IMG/VR virus record: IMGVR_UViG_3300042892_000699
Length of the DNA stretch: 64,000 bases
Origin: a virus
Lineage: Duplodnaviria; Caudoviricetes
Reading direction: 5' to 3' (one strand)
A program made the position numbers and the translations under genes. The notes beneath the pieces were generated by a model that did no database searches, was not told where the DNA came from, and saw nothing but the letters and a program-made list of their open reading frames with translations. Shown here piece after piece: positions 27,001 to 35,700 of this stretch. Position 1 is the stretch's first letter. Each line of letters begins with the position of its first letter.

Positions 27001-29476
27001 TATTGTTAACAGTAACGCCAACTTTGGAGATATTTGTTTACTTGCCAAAGGCTACGGACCTCGTAAGTTCTCTGGACAGATATACAATCCATCATTTAGA
27101 GCGTACCCAGAAAGTCCTAATCTTCCAGGCAGCGACTATTTTGATCAATACTACCCTGAAGGATTTTGGCCAAACAATGCACAAATCGCAGTGTATCTAC
27201 CTGACCAAGATGATAGACCACATATTTCTTTAGTTATGGAAATAGTTCCTCCTGAAGGATATTTGAACGAACAAAACTTGCCAGGCTTCTTAAATGCAAG
27301 TCCGACAACATCGACATTGTCAACTGGTACTATTATTTTAGAAAATATTGATACTACAAATGTATTTGTTGGAAATACTGTAATTCTTAGAGACCAGTTC
27401 GGTAATACTACATCTACTGTTGTAGATAGTACAGGAAACTGGGTACCATATGCATCGTCAGGTACAATAGTTACTGATGTAGGATTTAATAGTATCACGC
27501 TAAGTAATGCGCTGGCCGCTGGTGGTGGAGAACTAGATAATCCTAACTTCTTTGACTTCTACTTCTGTGGAAATGCATATTACACTGTACTAACTAGTGA
27601 ACTTCTTGAAAATCCAGAATATAATGATAAGGCGGAGTTGATTCCTTTAGGTATTAACATATTGTCAACTGCAAGTACAGGCGGAGATACAAGTCAGATC
27701 CCTGCACACATTTCTGCAATGCAGTATTTGAACAGCTTAACAAATTTAGTAATTAATAATTCTCCTATTACGAGTTTACAAACTGGACCAAGCACGTCTA
27801 CTCAAACATTCTTGCCGTTGGTGCGCGGCGGCGGAGATGCCCAAACGTTCATTGATTTAAGATTTGGTGAAATTACAGACATCATTAATGCTCCTGATTT
27901 AGTAGCAGCTGAAAAAGTTATCAAACCAGCTCTAAGAACAAAAGAAGGTCCTACAGTCCAGGGCGGTGGTAGTGCTATAACATTAATTGCAGAAAATATC
28001 GAATTCTTAGCAGATGAGATTACTGCATATGTTACTGCAACATTTGCAACATCGACATTTACTTATGACGAAACACTGTGCCGTAGAGATGCAGGATACA
28101 TCTTAGATGGAGTTTATTACGATACTGCAATCGGTTCTAACTGGAATGCTGTTTATTCTGGCATAGCATACAGACGAAGTGTATCAACGGTTGTAACAGC
28201 AAGTCAGTTAACTCAAACTATCGGAGCAGTAGTGTTCTTAAGAGAACAGGCCGAATTATCTATGGCTACTAGTACCACTGCAACAACACGCAGTAATGCA
28301 GCGTTTGACGAGATTTTAAATATTTTAGAAGAAGGCGAAGGAGACGCAGACACAGTAGTGTATCCAACACCAACTGGTATGTCAGTGGGCAATGCTAAAT
28401 TACTGGCAAAGAATATATTGTTGGCCAACAAAGAGTTCATGAAGGCAGAAGTTATTGCATGGATTGAGCAACAGATATCAATTGGTTCTGGAATTTGGTC
28501 AGGGTTTACTTATAATTCTGCAACTTGTGCAAGAGATGTAGGATATATTGTAGACAGTCTAATATATGATATATTATATGACGGCACATGGGCAACTACA
28601 ATTTCTGCAAGATCTTACTTTGAAGGCACTACATCTGTTATCACAGGAGAGACTGCACAAACTGCCGCAGCATTTGATAGATTATCAACAGTTGCACAGC
28701 AAGTAGTTCGTGCCCAGACAGTTACTGTATCGACCGGCAACACCGTAATGCAAAATACAATATTGCCAGGAGCAACTGTAACTGAAGAAGGACGAGTTAA
28801 TACACTATTACAAATCATTGAAGATGTTATTACTTCGGGTGATATTGGAACGTTGCCTGCTCCAATATCACCAACAGTAGGTTGGGCAGATGCTGGAGTC
28901 CAATCAGCAATAAATCAGCTAAACACTGATCAGCTTCAAATTATTGATGCAATGATTGTATACATTGACGATGAATTCGTTGGGTCGTTTAACTTCGATA
29001 GTGCTCAATGTCAGAGAGATGTTAAAACTATTCTTCAACGATTAATTTATGACATCGAAACTGGCGGCCGATACAACGCAGTCATGTGCGGATTAGCGTA
29101 CTGGAATCGTGCAGGAACATATCATAGAGTATCGTTGGGCGAAAACGTCACAAGAACTGATTTGTTCCCACACAACTCTACAGTTAATTTCTATCAACGC
29201 AGTTACATTAGTGCATCAGGATACGTATTTGAATACGTAGGTGCAGGTATTGACTACGGAGCATTGCCACAACGCGGCAAGGCAGATCCTATACAGGCAA
29301 GAGAAACAGTACAGCTTGACAGCGGTAAAGTATTCTTTACATCAACTGACCAGAACGGTGACTTCCGTATCGGTCCAGGACTAGTAATTAGTCAAGCAAC
29401 CGGTGTTCTAAGTGGTAGAACATTTACTAGATCGTTATTCGCCAATATGACCCCGTTCATATTAGCTATCAGTTAA
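21056..29476 (+). CDS. Giant (2806 aa) virion-type protein: fibre N-terminus, pectin-lyase-like beta-helix, 11 helical CxRD repeats
   Basis: Beta-helix entry 'LYVTMDGNDTNDG...CRTI..A...GTQILVSAGFYLE'; 11 repeats of Y...(K)CxRD.G...D....D; GAGGA SD and ATAAATA upstream. Confidence 0.8.
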   Translation: MAISTNVLNLPGNYIIRAVNGTVTIDTIRTRVTQVLQVDGDTFLNSDTTIGNSSSDTIDTVGRFINDLIPQSSYTVNIGTSTNIWNSAHVGRFVQYGTGSAYLNIINNTENVWNPYTDFGPAGRPYDPGNIYGTEEQRRQGAVYVAGGVGIEKDLNVGGFIYGRVETAVTTTFVTFTATNADIEFNIGFVLQDTPEDYQSPTYIDLEGIVDGLTYNPSLGRIRTDRALIAEGDQSTSTTTGALIVQGGVGIAKNAYVGGILTATDVMPKENETGQIGSTDTQWAEAYIQDIFTRVIASTTGTVQINPAAGVTEIIGDIRVRGQNPVGTAPVVTNTLYVTMDGNDTNDGRAMDPSRACRTITGAVNSPYFQPGTQILVSAGFYLEDNPVRMKPYTSIRGSDIRTTFIEPINKTQDLFHVDSGCYINYCTFLNGRSGLLQGPYEDQYNRGAYATAFPPQEGDNRIDIYHSPYIQNCTNQSGPWLGDGTMFVPNQTVQVPASVGIGSWLANTSSIIVDISQGSVERGMYVNAGQQNPGFFDARTLILANKPFIQEQVIAYVDKTFNTGTFIYDQVKCARDTGLIVDSISQDMLADSTSESIFAGLQYWRQTEYVDAINSQITATIATIEFVRNLAANTATSAASATEGAVVTSRFNNILEILNTSTATLVTGAFSEWVTDKIISNGTATNSVGYNAAFDAILAAKNSITEQAINNLNSTLIAFTYDSAKCARDTGLIVDSVAQDILFNGTSQSTFAGLQYWNQSGYVSGIGSQLTTTTNAIEYVKELAAKVVVGNTSGTRYQTSIAQNTSLSTATSAESTLLNDDFDVILNILDVGTVGVSDDIVPNGLVPSTNTNVLKAYNLLQANKTYIQTEVIAFVEATKTVGFEYDQDKCFRDTGYMLDSVAFDMLYGGNKQAIQSGVYYYGFDAGSSAIEGQSPQTIAAYEYIKQLAPNIIRGIAISTSTLYQSAEQQVLGLSGTPIEANEAIERLDIIVNIINNGPSVAEEPSPISLDRSPSEYVRNAAILLNENRDFIKAEVVAYVNTLKTLVYDETKCRRDIGYMLDSVAYDLLHGGNKQSIKSGVYYFGYTGDTTEIPGEIPQTTAAYNLIKSLLPSIIKAQPVVSKYSATLQDITTYLPATDNEVSILGEKIDVITNIIRNGPGTVAARIPINTELNQSSNIYNAYKQLEANREFIKDEVIAYLNTFGTFNYSREKCFRDVGIILENISYDAAFGGNEKAVQSGLSYYEGVVSLIAGQEVQTVAAIDYINNLAQKVIVNEVCPDLYSTGVSTTATYTQVINTAVTGGAIAGRSLSDLFNIVTTIINNGPSAAPEMFKGTNADAAFVSAETLMQANRAFIQQDTINYINNLVLNFPYSEIKCRRDTGLIIDSMAFDMLYQTPGYSQSTFAGLQYWNQDQYVGDIQAQLAPTVDAVRYLKELAVKIIQNITPADDLVVRYQSTVTQVTSLEPATLFEANIIEGNFDVILDILGGNSLGWTDRIVSNSTKIGLPAFLNAYDLLLANKNYMAHEVTAYVDATNFGFNYDANKCRRDVGHMVDAVAFDLVHTGNRQSVQTGLYYYGFDSSTITIQNQEIQTTAAFDYLADIAELVVTNQHVDALQNRVNQFRGDTSATMFDAGLLRTAISTITNIITNGPQVTGPVTSAFAIAMTATNTASTYVAFELLYANKEFLVEEVIAYIDKTYNPNSFNYNEAKCYRDIGLIVDAVSQDVLLGGNAKSIEAGLAYWTFGENSLTGQETTTTMAFNYARDLSLQIIANQPVTPQTGTVIQQIINPFFQYGADYMPQEAVRRNFDIISTIVNRGTLYAPPKYLGGGLFALTGINGSDVLTAPIVTSITTISEGKYLIGLNTATIGFGTNATVYFGDVLTFPLRDNEVDELSLEYTGDASTWNQRKIDRIGGMGGALIDGGVVSDRSPIQSFVFDAYTQLTQGGRGVRITNNGYAQLVSVFTVFSSVGVQVDNGGIASIVNSNANFGDICLLAKGYGPRKFSGQIYNPSFRAYPESPNLPGSDYFDQYYPEGFWPNNAQIAVYLPDQDDRPHISLVMEIVPPEGYLNEQNLPGFLNASPTTSTLSTGTIILENIDTTNVFVGNTVILRDQFGNTTSTVVDSTGNWVPYASSGTIVTDVGFNSITLSNALAAGGGELDNPNFFDFYFCGNAYYTVLTSELLENPEYNDKAELIPLGINILSTASTGGDTSQIPAHISAMQYLNSLTNLVINNSPITSLQTGPSTSTQTFLPLVRGGGDAQTFIDLRFGEITDIINAPDLVAAEKVIKPALRTKEGPTVQGGGSAITLIAENIEFLADEITAYVTATFATSTFTYDETLCRRDAGYILDGVYYDTAIGSNWNAVYSGIAYRRSVSTVVTASQLTQTIGAVVFLREQAELSMATSTTATTRSNAAFDEILNILEEGEGDADTVVYPTPTGMSVGNAKLLAKNILLANKEFMKAEVIAWIEQQISIGSGIWSGFTYNSATCARDVGYIVDSLIYDILYDGTWATTISARSYFEGTTSVITGETAQTAAAFDRLSTVAQQVVRAQTVTVSTGNTVMQNTILPGATVTEEGRVNTLLQIIEDVITSGDIGTLPAPISPTVGWADAGVQSAINQLNTDQLQIIDAMIVYIDDEFVGSFNFDSAQCQRDVKTILQRLIYDIETGGRYNAVMCGLAYWNRAGTYHRVSLGENVTRTDLFPHNSTVNFYQRSYISASGYVFEYVGAGIDYGALPQRGKADPIQARETVQLDSGKVFFTSTDQNGDFRIGPGLVISQATGVLSGRTFTRSLFANMTPFILAIS
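22775..29011 (+). repeat. 11 in-frame protein repeats centred on Cys-x-Arg-Asp
   Basis: Cys codons at 22775, 23234, 23726, 24212, 24695, 25187, 25691, 26189, 28079, 28526 and 29009, all in frame; spacing within blocks 149-168 aa. Confidence 0.92.
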
Positions 29477-29488
29477 CAAGGAAATATC

Positions 29489-29920
29489 ATGGCTTTAATT
29501 CCATTAAACAAATTTTTAACAAAAACAAGAGCACTTAATACTGCAACAACAGTAGGAAATACTTTTGTTATGACAACAGGCACAACGTCAACTGTGTATA
29601 CAGCTCCAATCGGAGTTACTTCTATTCTACTAATGGCTCAAGTTTCTAATGTAAGTACACAAACGCAAGACATTAGTTTTATACATCATAGGAATAGACC
29701 AGTGCTGTCTGATGCTCAAGGCAATGGAGCACAACCAGGAAACGTTGATACTTATTTGGTTAAAAACTTTTCTATTCCAGCAGGAGATGCAGCATCTATC
29801 TTAACTGGCAAATTGATTGTTGAAAGTCTAGACAGTGTCCGCGCATTTGTACACTCAAATGGTTCAAATTCAGGAACATGCCAATTAGTACTAAGTGTAT
29901 TAGAAACAGCAAATAACTAA
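29489..29920 (+). CDS. Small beta-sandwich structural protein, probable partner of the giant protein
   Basis: 'VYTAPIGVTSILLMAQVSN' ... 'LVLSVLETANN'; AAGGA SD; closely linked. Confidence 0.65.
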   Translation: MALIPLNKFLTKTRALNTATTVGNTFVMTTGTTSTVYTAPIGVTSILLMAQVSNVSTQTQDISFIHHRNRPVLSDAQGNGAQPGNVDTYLVKNFSIPAGDAASILTGKLIVESLDSVRAFVHSNGSNSGTCQLVLSVLETANN

Positions 29921-29932
29921 TTAGAGATCAAT

Positions 29933-31888
29933 ATGCCTAACCTATTAAGTGGATCAAGATTACGAAGCGGTGGCAGCGGCGACTTCTTGAAGCTAGAAGA
30001 CGCCATGCCCCAACTTCCCGCAACGGACACGACCTTAACTGGTTTTACTATTGCAACAGATCCAGTTTTAAGAACTTCTTACAGATCTAGTTTAGGTTTT
30101 GTTGAGTTCTCAACGGCATCTATGTATAGTGCATTGCCCGAAGGAACTATTAGAGTTCTGTCAACTGGTGCAACATTCTTATCAACAACTACTCAAACAG
30201 GTAATCTTGTTGTGCAAGGTGGTATTGGCGTCGGCGGCAATATGACCATTGAATATGATATCGAAGTTAACGGTATTACTATTGGCAGAGGGTGGGAAGG
30301 ACAAAATAATATTATTATGCGTGGAGTAGCAGAGACTCCACTTAATGATTTTAACAACGGTCAATCTAGTATTGCAATAGGCGATAGTTCTTTGTTAGGA
30401 CTAGATACTGCAAATAGAGTCATTGCAATCGGACGATATGCACTTACATCAGGTACTAGTGTGTCTGATTCTATTGCAATTGGTGACAACGCATTAAAGG
30501 CAATTGGTTCAGTTGATTCGCATTTTGCAGGAATTATTGTAAGTGCATCTATTGCTAATCCTGTAGTACTCGAAGTTACAGGACACGGGTTAACAACAGG
30601 TACACAGGTAGTAATCGACGACGCTACCGGAATGCTTGATCTAAATGATTCTTACTACTGGATCAACGTATTAACTACTAACACATTTGCACTGTATACT
30701 GACAATATTCTTGCTCAGCCATTAGATGGAAATTTATTCTCTCCTTACGCAGGTGGTGGCAGAGTTGGTAGAACATTATATAGATCAAACAATATTGGAA
30801 TTGGTTCTAGAGCAGCAGAAAAATTAATTGATGGCCAAAAGAATTTCTTCTTTGGTGATTTAATTGCAAAGAATTTAACAACTGGTTCTAGTAACATAAT
30901 CATCGGCAGTGATGTTGCAGGTAATATGACAGAAGCTAGTGGTGTTATTTCTATAGGTAGCGACAATTTAGTTGACGGTAGAAACAATCAAGTTGCAATC
31001 GGTAGCGTATTTTACTATGACGGAACAGGAACTTCTACAATAAATGCCAATACAGAAATTGGCATTGGCATGCAATCAACTGGCACAAATACTGGAGGAT
31101 TGCGAGTTATCGGTGGAGCCGGAATTCAACGTAATTTGCACGTTGGTGAAGAATTGCATGTAACTAGCAGCACTTTCTTTACTGGAGATGTTCTTCCTAC
31201 CACTACAACTACAAACTTAGGTAGCGCATCTCAGCCATTCAATGCCCTGTATCTGCAAGGAACAACATTATATCTAAGCACTGTAACATTGAAGTCTGCA
31301 AATAGCTTAGACTTTAAAGTAGAGAGTACAGCAGGATTTGTTAGACAGACTGTTGGTAACTTAACACTTAACTCTGGACTAGCATCTACTGGAATTAACG
31401 ACGGATCTCTAGTTGTTACAGGTGGCGCAGCAGTTCAGGGAGATATGAATGTAGGCGGGTCATTTACTGTAGAAGGTGTTGAAGATATTACATTAAGTCC
31501 TAACGGAGCTGACATATACATTCAACCAACTGCTGGCGGCACAGTGTTAATTCAGCCTGCCGCAGCAGGTACAATGGATAATGTTGCAATTGGTGGATCG
31601 CAAGCTGCTGACGGAACATTTCTTACTCTCAGAGCTAACGCAACAACTGTATCTACTTCAACTACAACTGGTGCATTAACTGTGGCAGGCGGTGTTGGTA
31701 TACGTGGAGATGTATATGCTAATAGTGGAAATCCGGATGAAAATTATATGTTGTATACTCCGAGATCTACTATTTCAGCTACGCCACCTACCGGTGCAAG
31801 AGTGGGCGACTTCTGGATTAATCCAACTGGCCCGTATTTCCTACAATATGTAAAAGACGGCGCAAACAAAATTTGGGTACAAATATAA
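29933..31888 (+). CDS. Tail fibre/adhesin-like protein with YadA-head-like SIAIG repeats and an E1-FCCH-like insert
   Basis: Repeats 'SIAIGDSSL', 'VIAIGRYAL', 'SIAIGDNAL', 'NIGIGSRA'; 'ANPVVLEVTGHGLTTGTQVVI'; shared TGAL.V.GG.GI shaft motif. Confidence 0.7.
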   Translation: MPNLLSGSRLRSGGSGDFLKLEDAMPQLPATDTTLTGFTIATDPVLRTSYRSSLGFVEFSTASMYSALPEGTIRVLSTGATFLSTTTQTGNLVVQGGIGVGGNMTIEYDIEVNGITIGRGWEGQNNIIMRGVAETPLNDFNNGQSSIAIGDSSLLGLDTANRVIAIGRYALTSGTSVSDSIAIGDNALKAIGSVDSHFAGIIVSASIANPVVLEVTGHGLTTGTQVVIDDATGMLDLNDSYYWINVLTTNTFALYTDNILAQPLDGNLFSPYAGGGRVGRTLYRSNNIGIGSRAAEKLIDGQKNFFFGDLIAKNLTTGSSNIIIGSDVAGNMTEASGVISIGSDNLVDGRNNQVAIGSVFYYDGTGTSTINANTEIGIGMQSTGTNTGGLRVIGGAGIQRNLHVGEELHVTSSTFFTGDVLPTTTTTNLGSASQPFNALYLQGTTLYLSTVTLKSANSLDFKVESTAGFVRQTVGNLTLNSGLASTGINDGSLVVTGGAAVQGDMNVGGSFTVEGVEDITLSPNGADIYIQPTAGGTVLIQPAAAGTMDNVAIGGSQAADGTFLTLRANATTVSTSTTTGALTVAGGVGIRGDVYANSGNPDENYMLYTPRSTISATPPTGARVGDFWINPTGPYFLQYVKDGANKIWVQI

Positions 31889-31897
31889 AGAGTAATT

Positions 31898-32770
31898 ATG
31901 TCAACATTAAATTTTCCAACTAACCCGGCACCGGGCGATCGATATACTATAGGAATAACCACATACGAGTGGAATGGAGATGCATGGATTATTGTTAATT
32001 CTGGCGTTTTGTTTGCATCTAGTTTAACAGTTGAAACGTTAATTGTTACCACTACTACTAATATTAATACTGGCGCAGGGTTTATTAACGGTGGGCTACA
32101 GGTATACGGCGGCGCATGGATAGACAAGGATTTGTTTGTAGGAGGAGTATTATACTCATCAGGACAACAGGTATTAACTACTTCAAGTTTTGCAGGCGCA
32201 GTTATAGGCGGCGTTGATATTGACGTTGTTACTAGCACCGGGACAGCCACTGCGGCGTCATTAACGTGGAATAATATTTCCACCTTGCAAACTGTAACTG
32301 GACGCGGAGCAACAACAAACCGAGTAATATTTTTTACAAATACATCAGAATCTACCTCAACAAATTCTGGTGGTATTGTGATTTCTGGTGGTGTTGGTGT
32401 TGCTAAACGAGTTACCTGTGAAAGTTTAAGAATAGCTGACACCGTATTTGATTCTACTCAAACTCTGGTAAATACAACAGCGACAACGGCTATAGACACG
32501 TACAGCACAACACAATTTAGATCAGCGAAATATCTAATTCAAATAGATGAAGGTATTGGAACAAATGCAGACTTTGAATTAAGAGAAATCTTACTAGTTG
32601 CAGATAATAACGGTCAAGTGTGGGCAACTGAATACGGTGTAGTTACGTCAAATGGAGATTTAGGAACGTTTGCTGCTGAAATAGTAGGAAGTACTGTAAC
32701 ATTATATTTTACAGCTTTTACAGCAACAAACAAAACTATTAAGGTATTACGAACTGGAATGGCAGTTTAA
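31898..32770 (+). CDS. Short fibre-associated structural protein
   Basis: 'LNFPTNP..GD.Y......YEWNG..W' N-terminus, shaft motifs, C-terminal 'DTY....FRSAKYLIQI...EY' domain. Confidence 0.7.
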   Translation: MSTLNFPTNPAPGDRYTIGITTYEWNGDAWIIVNSGVLFASSLTVETLIVTTTTNINTGAGFINGGLQVYGGAWIDKDLFVGGVLYSSGQQVLTTSSFAGAVIGGVDIDVVTSTGTATAASLTWNNISTLQTVTGRGATTNRVIFFTNTSESTSTNSGGIVISGGVGVAKRVTCESLRIADTVFDSTQTLVNTTATTAIDTYSTTQFRSAKYLIQIDEGIGTNADFELREILLVADNNGQVWATEYGVVTSNGDLGTFAAEIVGSTVTLYFTAFTATNKTIKVLRTGMAV

Positions 32771-32782
32771 AGGAAAACAAAG

Positions 32783-35689
32783 ATGGCGCTACAATCAATT
32801 ATTAGGGATTTTGCAGTACGAGCTGGTTTAATCGTTGAAGGAACAGCGGCTGTAACCAGTGCAACTGGCATGACAGGGACCCTGCAAGTCAATGGTGGTG
32901 CAGCCATTGCAAGAAATTTAATTGTAGGTGAAACTAGCGATTTTAAAGGTGATACATTCTCAAGAGGTAATGTTACAGTTCAAGGAGCAGCCTTTTTAGC
33001 AGGTGTTACAGCAACTAACAAAGTAATAATTAACACCGCTACGCAGGCAACAACAGGTGGTGACGGAGCACTGGCAGTAACAGGTGGTGGATATTTTGGC
33101 ACTAACGTAGTAGTTAACGGAAATGCACAAAGTACAACAACTCTAGCAAGCAACTCTTTATATGTTGCAGGCGGTGCTGGAATTAACGGATCTCTAGTAG
33201 TCCGTGGCGATGCAGTATTTCAAAATGACGTTATATTTTCAGGTGCAACAACCTACGTATATACAACCAACACTATCTATACCGATAACATAATTGAATT
33301 ACATTATCACGAAGGTACTTCTAGTTATACAGTTAATGACGGTTACGATATTGGTTTACGCTTCCACATATTTGACGGAACAAACACTAACGCATTTTTA
33401 GGCAGAGACAATGCTACTGGATATTTAGAATGGTTAGGCAGTGGCGTCACAGAAGAAAACACAGGCACAATTGAGTCCGGCACCTACGGTACATTTAAAA
33501 CTGGTGCAGTAATACTAACAGATGCTACTACTTCTACAAGTAAGGTAACAGGGGCACTGCAAGTTGCAGGAGGTATAGGTGCAGAAAATATCTATGTCAA
33601 CAATGCAAGAGTTAGCAGTCTAACACAGAATAGAATTGTACTTGTTGGTGCAAATGGTCAACTAGTTGATGATGCTGATCTAAGTTTTGATCCGGGAACA
33701 AACACACTAAATGCCATTGTATCGAATGCAAATACGGCAACTGATATTGCAGGAGGCGCAAGCGGATCATTATTATATCAAACTGGTCCAGGACTAACTG
33801 ATTTTATTCCAATCGGCATAGCAGGGCAGGTTTTACTTTCCAACGGAAGTATTCCAGTCTGGGCAACCACTGGCACTATTGTAGCTGGTTCTGCGTCAAC
33901 TGCATCAAACTTGCTATTTGGTACAACGTACCAGATTCCATATCAAACTGCTCCAGGTCAAACAGCATTTGAAGACAACTTTAAGTACAATTACGATACA
34001 AATACACTACAGACTGTAAATGCTACATTCACTAGCACCACTGATGCTAGTGGTCCGGCAAGTGGTGCAGTGCAAATTACAGGCGGTGTAAGTATCGGTG
34101 GAAGTTTGTATGTCGGTGGCACATTATTTGCCAGCGTTTCTGGTTCAAGTTCTAGTGCAACTAACGTAACCAGTGTTGCAACTACTGTAAACGCAACACA
34201 TTATTTGACATTTGTTGACAGTAACAATACAGTATCTGGATTTGAACAGTTATACACTACATCGTCCGTATCGTTTAATCCGAGTAATGGTAATTTAACC
34301 GTTACAGGAGTACTAAGCAGTAATAGTTTACAAACAGGTGCAGTGACTGCTACAGGCAATCTAGGTGCTGCAAATATTTCTACAACAGGTACGCTGAATG
34401 TAACAGGTATATCAACACTGGGAATTGTCACAGCTACTAGCTTGACAGTTACTGCACTTGCTATTGATGGCGATCTTGCTGTTAGATCTTCTACTGCATC
34501 AACATCAACAAATTCTGGAGCTCTACAAGTTTGGGGCGGAGTTGGCATAGGCGGCAATGCCTATGTAGGCGGAAACATTGTTGCATTGGGTGACTTAGCA
34601 GTCGACGGCGGCGACATTACCTCTAGTGCAGCTACATTTAATCTTGTCAATGCTAATGCTACTACTGTAAACTTTGCAGGCGCAGCTACTGCATTGACAA
34701 TTGGTCAGACATCTGGTTATACAGACATTCGTAATCAAACACGAGTTACTATTACAACTGAGGCTAATGCAACAAACACTGGTGCATTAATTATATCAGG
34801 TGGTGCAGGAATTGGCGGAAATGCATATGTTGGCGGAAATGTTGTAGCAACAGGAGATGTTGCAGTCAACGGTGGAGACTTAACTACTACTGCTGAAACA
34901 TTTAATCTAATAAACGCAAATGCAACCGCAGTGAATTTTGCAGGTGCAAGTACTGCAACTATTATCAGTGCTGCAACAGGCTACACAGCAATCCGCAATC
35001 AGACAACTATTACCAGCACAGTTAACGCAACTAGTGCAGTAACTGGCGCATTGCAGGTACGAGGTGGCGTTGGTGTTAGTGGAGCATTGTGGGTAGAACA
35101 GACATTAAGAGTAGTTAACAATGCTACTATGGCTAATGTAAGTGCTTCGCTAACTACTGTAACTAATTTAACTGTTAATGGGCAAGCATTAATTACTAAT
35201 GTTCTAACAATTACTGAATCTCAAAATTCTAATGCAACGACCAATGGTGCAGTTAGAATTTCTGGTGGTGTTGGTGTTGTTAAAGACGTGTTTGTTGGCG
35301 GCGCAATCACAGCTGGTGCAACACTGGCCGCTACAAGTTCCACTGTAGTTCCAGCATTGTTCTCTAACAACTTCTTGTTATCTTCATATACTAGTGGAAT
35401 TATATCAGGTGTTACTAAAGTAGATCTTGATTCCTATAGCTCTACTGTATATCGCAGTGCTAGATACTTTGTTCAGATAGTTGATGGGGCAGACATACAT
35501 ATCAGTGAAATTTCATTATTCCACGATGGTGTAAAAGCCTACATCAACGAATATGGTATTGCAACAAACAACGGACAGTTGGGTATATTTGATGCAGAAC
35601 TAACGCTAGGCAACGTTATTGTTAATTTTACCCCAACTAATGCAACTAATATGCAGATCAAGATGGTAAGGATTGGTATTTCAGCCTAA
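32783..35689 (+). CDS. Tail fibre protein (968 aa)
   Basis: Many 'TS..TGAL.V.GG.GIGG..YVGG' repeats; C-terminal domain homologous to that of 31898..32770. Confidence 0.8.
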   Translation: MALQSIIRDFAVRAGLIVEGTAAVTSATGMTGTLQVNGGAAIARNLIVGETSDFKGDTFSRGNVTVQGAAFLAGVTATNKVIINTATQATTGGDGALAVTGGGYFGTNVVVNGNAQSTTTLASNSLYVAGGAGINGSLVVRGDAVFQNDVIFSGATTYVYTTNTIYTDNIIELHYHEGTSSYTVNDGYDIGLRFHIFDGTNTNAFLGRDNATGYLEWLGSGVTEENTGTIESGTYGTFKTGAVILTDATTSTSKVTGALQVAGGIGAENIYVNNARVSSLTQNRIVLVGANGQLVDDADLSFDPGTNTLNAIVSNANTATDIAGGASGSLLYQTGPGLTDFIPIGIAGQVLLSNGSIPVWATTGTIVAGSASTASNLLFGTTYQIPYQTAPGQTAFEDNFKYNYDTNTLQTVNATFTSTTDASGPASGAVQITGGVSIGGSLYVGGTLFASVSGSSSSATNVTSVATTVNATHYLTFVDSNNTVSGFEQLYTTSSVSFNPSNGNLTVTGVLSSNSLQTGAVTATGNLGAANISTTGTLNVTGISTLGIVTATSLTVTALAIDGDLAVRSSTASTSTNSGALQVWGGVGIGGNAYVGGNIVALGDLAVDGGDITSSAATFNLVNANATTVNFAGAATALTIGQTSGYTDIRNQTRVTITTEANATNTGALIISGGAGIGGNAYVGGNVVATGDVAVNGGDLTTTAETFNLINANATAVNFAGASTATIISAATGYTAIRNQTTITSTVNATSAVTGALQVRGGVGVSGALWVEQTLRVVNNATMANVSASLTTVTNLTVNGQALITNVLTITESQNSNATTNGAVRISGGVGVVKDVFVGGAITAGATLAATSSTVVPALFSNNFLLSSYTSGIISGVTKVDLDSYSSTVYRSARYFVQIVDGADIHISEISLFHDGVKAYINEYGIATNNGQLGIFDAELTLGNVIVNFTPTNATNMQIKMVRIGISA

Positions 35690-35700
35690 TCTATCACAGC

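Noticed and set aside
21056-29476. Calling the phage a cyanophage because of the phycobiliprotein-like repeats
   Set aside because: No photosynthesis, bilin or other cyanophage marker genes are in the window; the host cannot be assigned.
30535-30710. Phage ubiquitin-like conjugation system
   Set aside because: Only an FCCH-like fragment inside a fibre; no E1 adenylation domain, E2 or ubiquitin-like gene in the window.
31744-32442. 232-aa minus-strand ORF and similar antisense ORFs across 21-61 kb (e.g. 44089..44604, 53906..54322)
   Set aside because: Thr/Ala/Gly/Val-rich fibre codons leave few stops on the opposite strand; the products are Pro/Val-rich mirrors with no SD or promoter.
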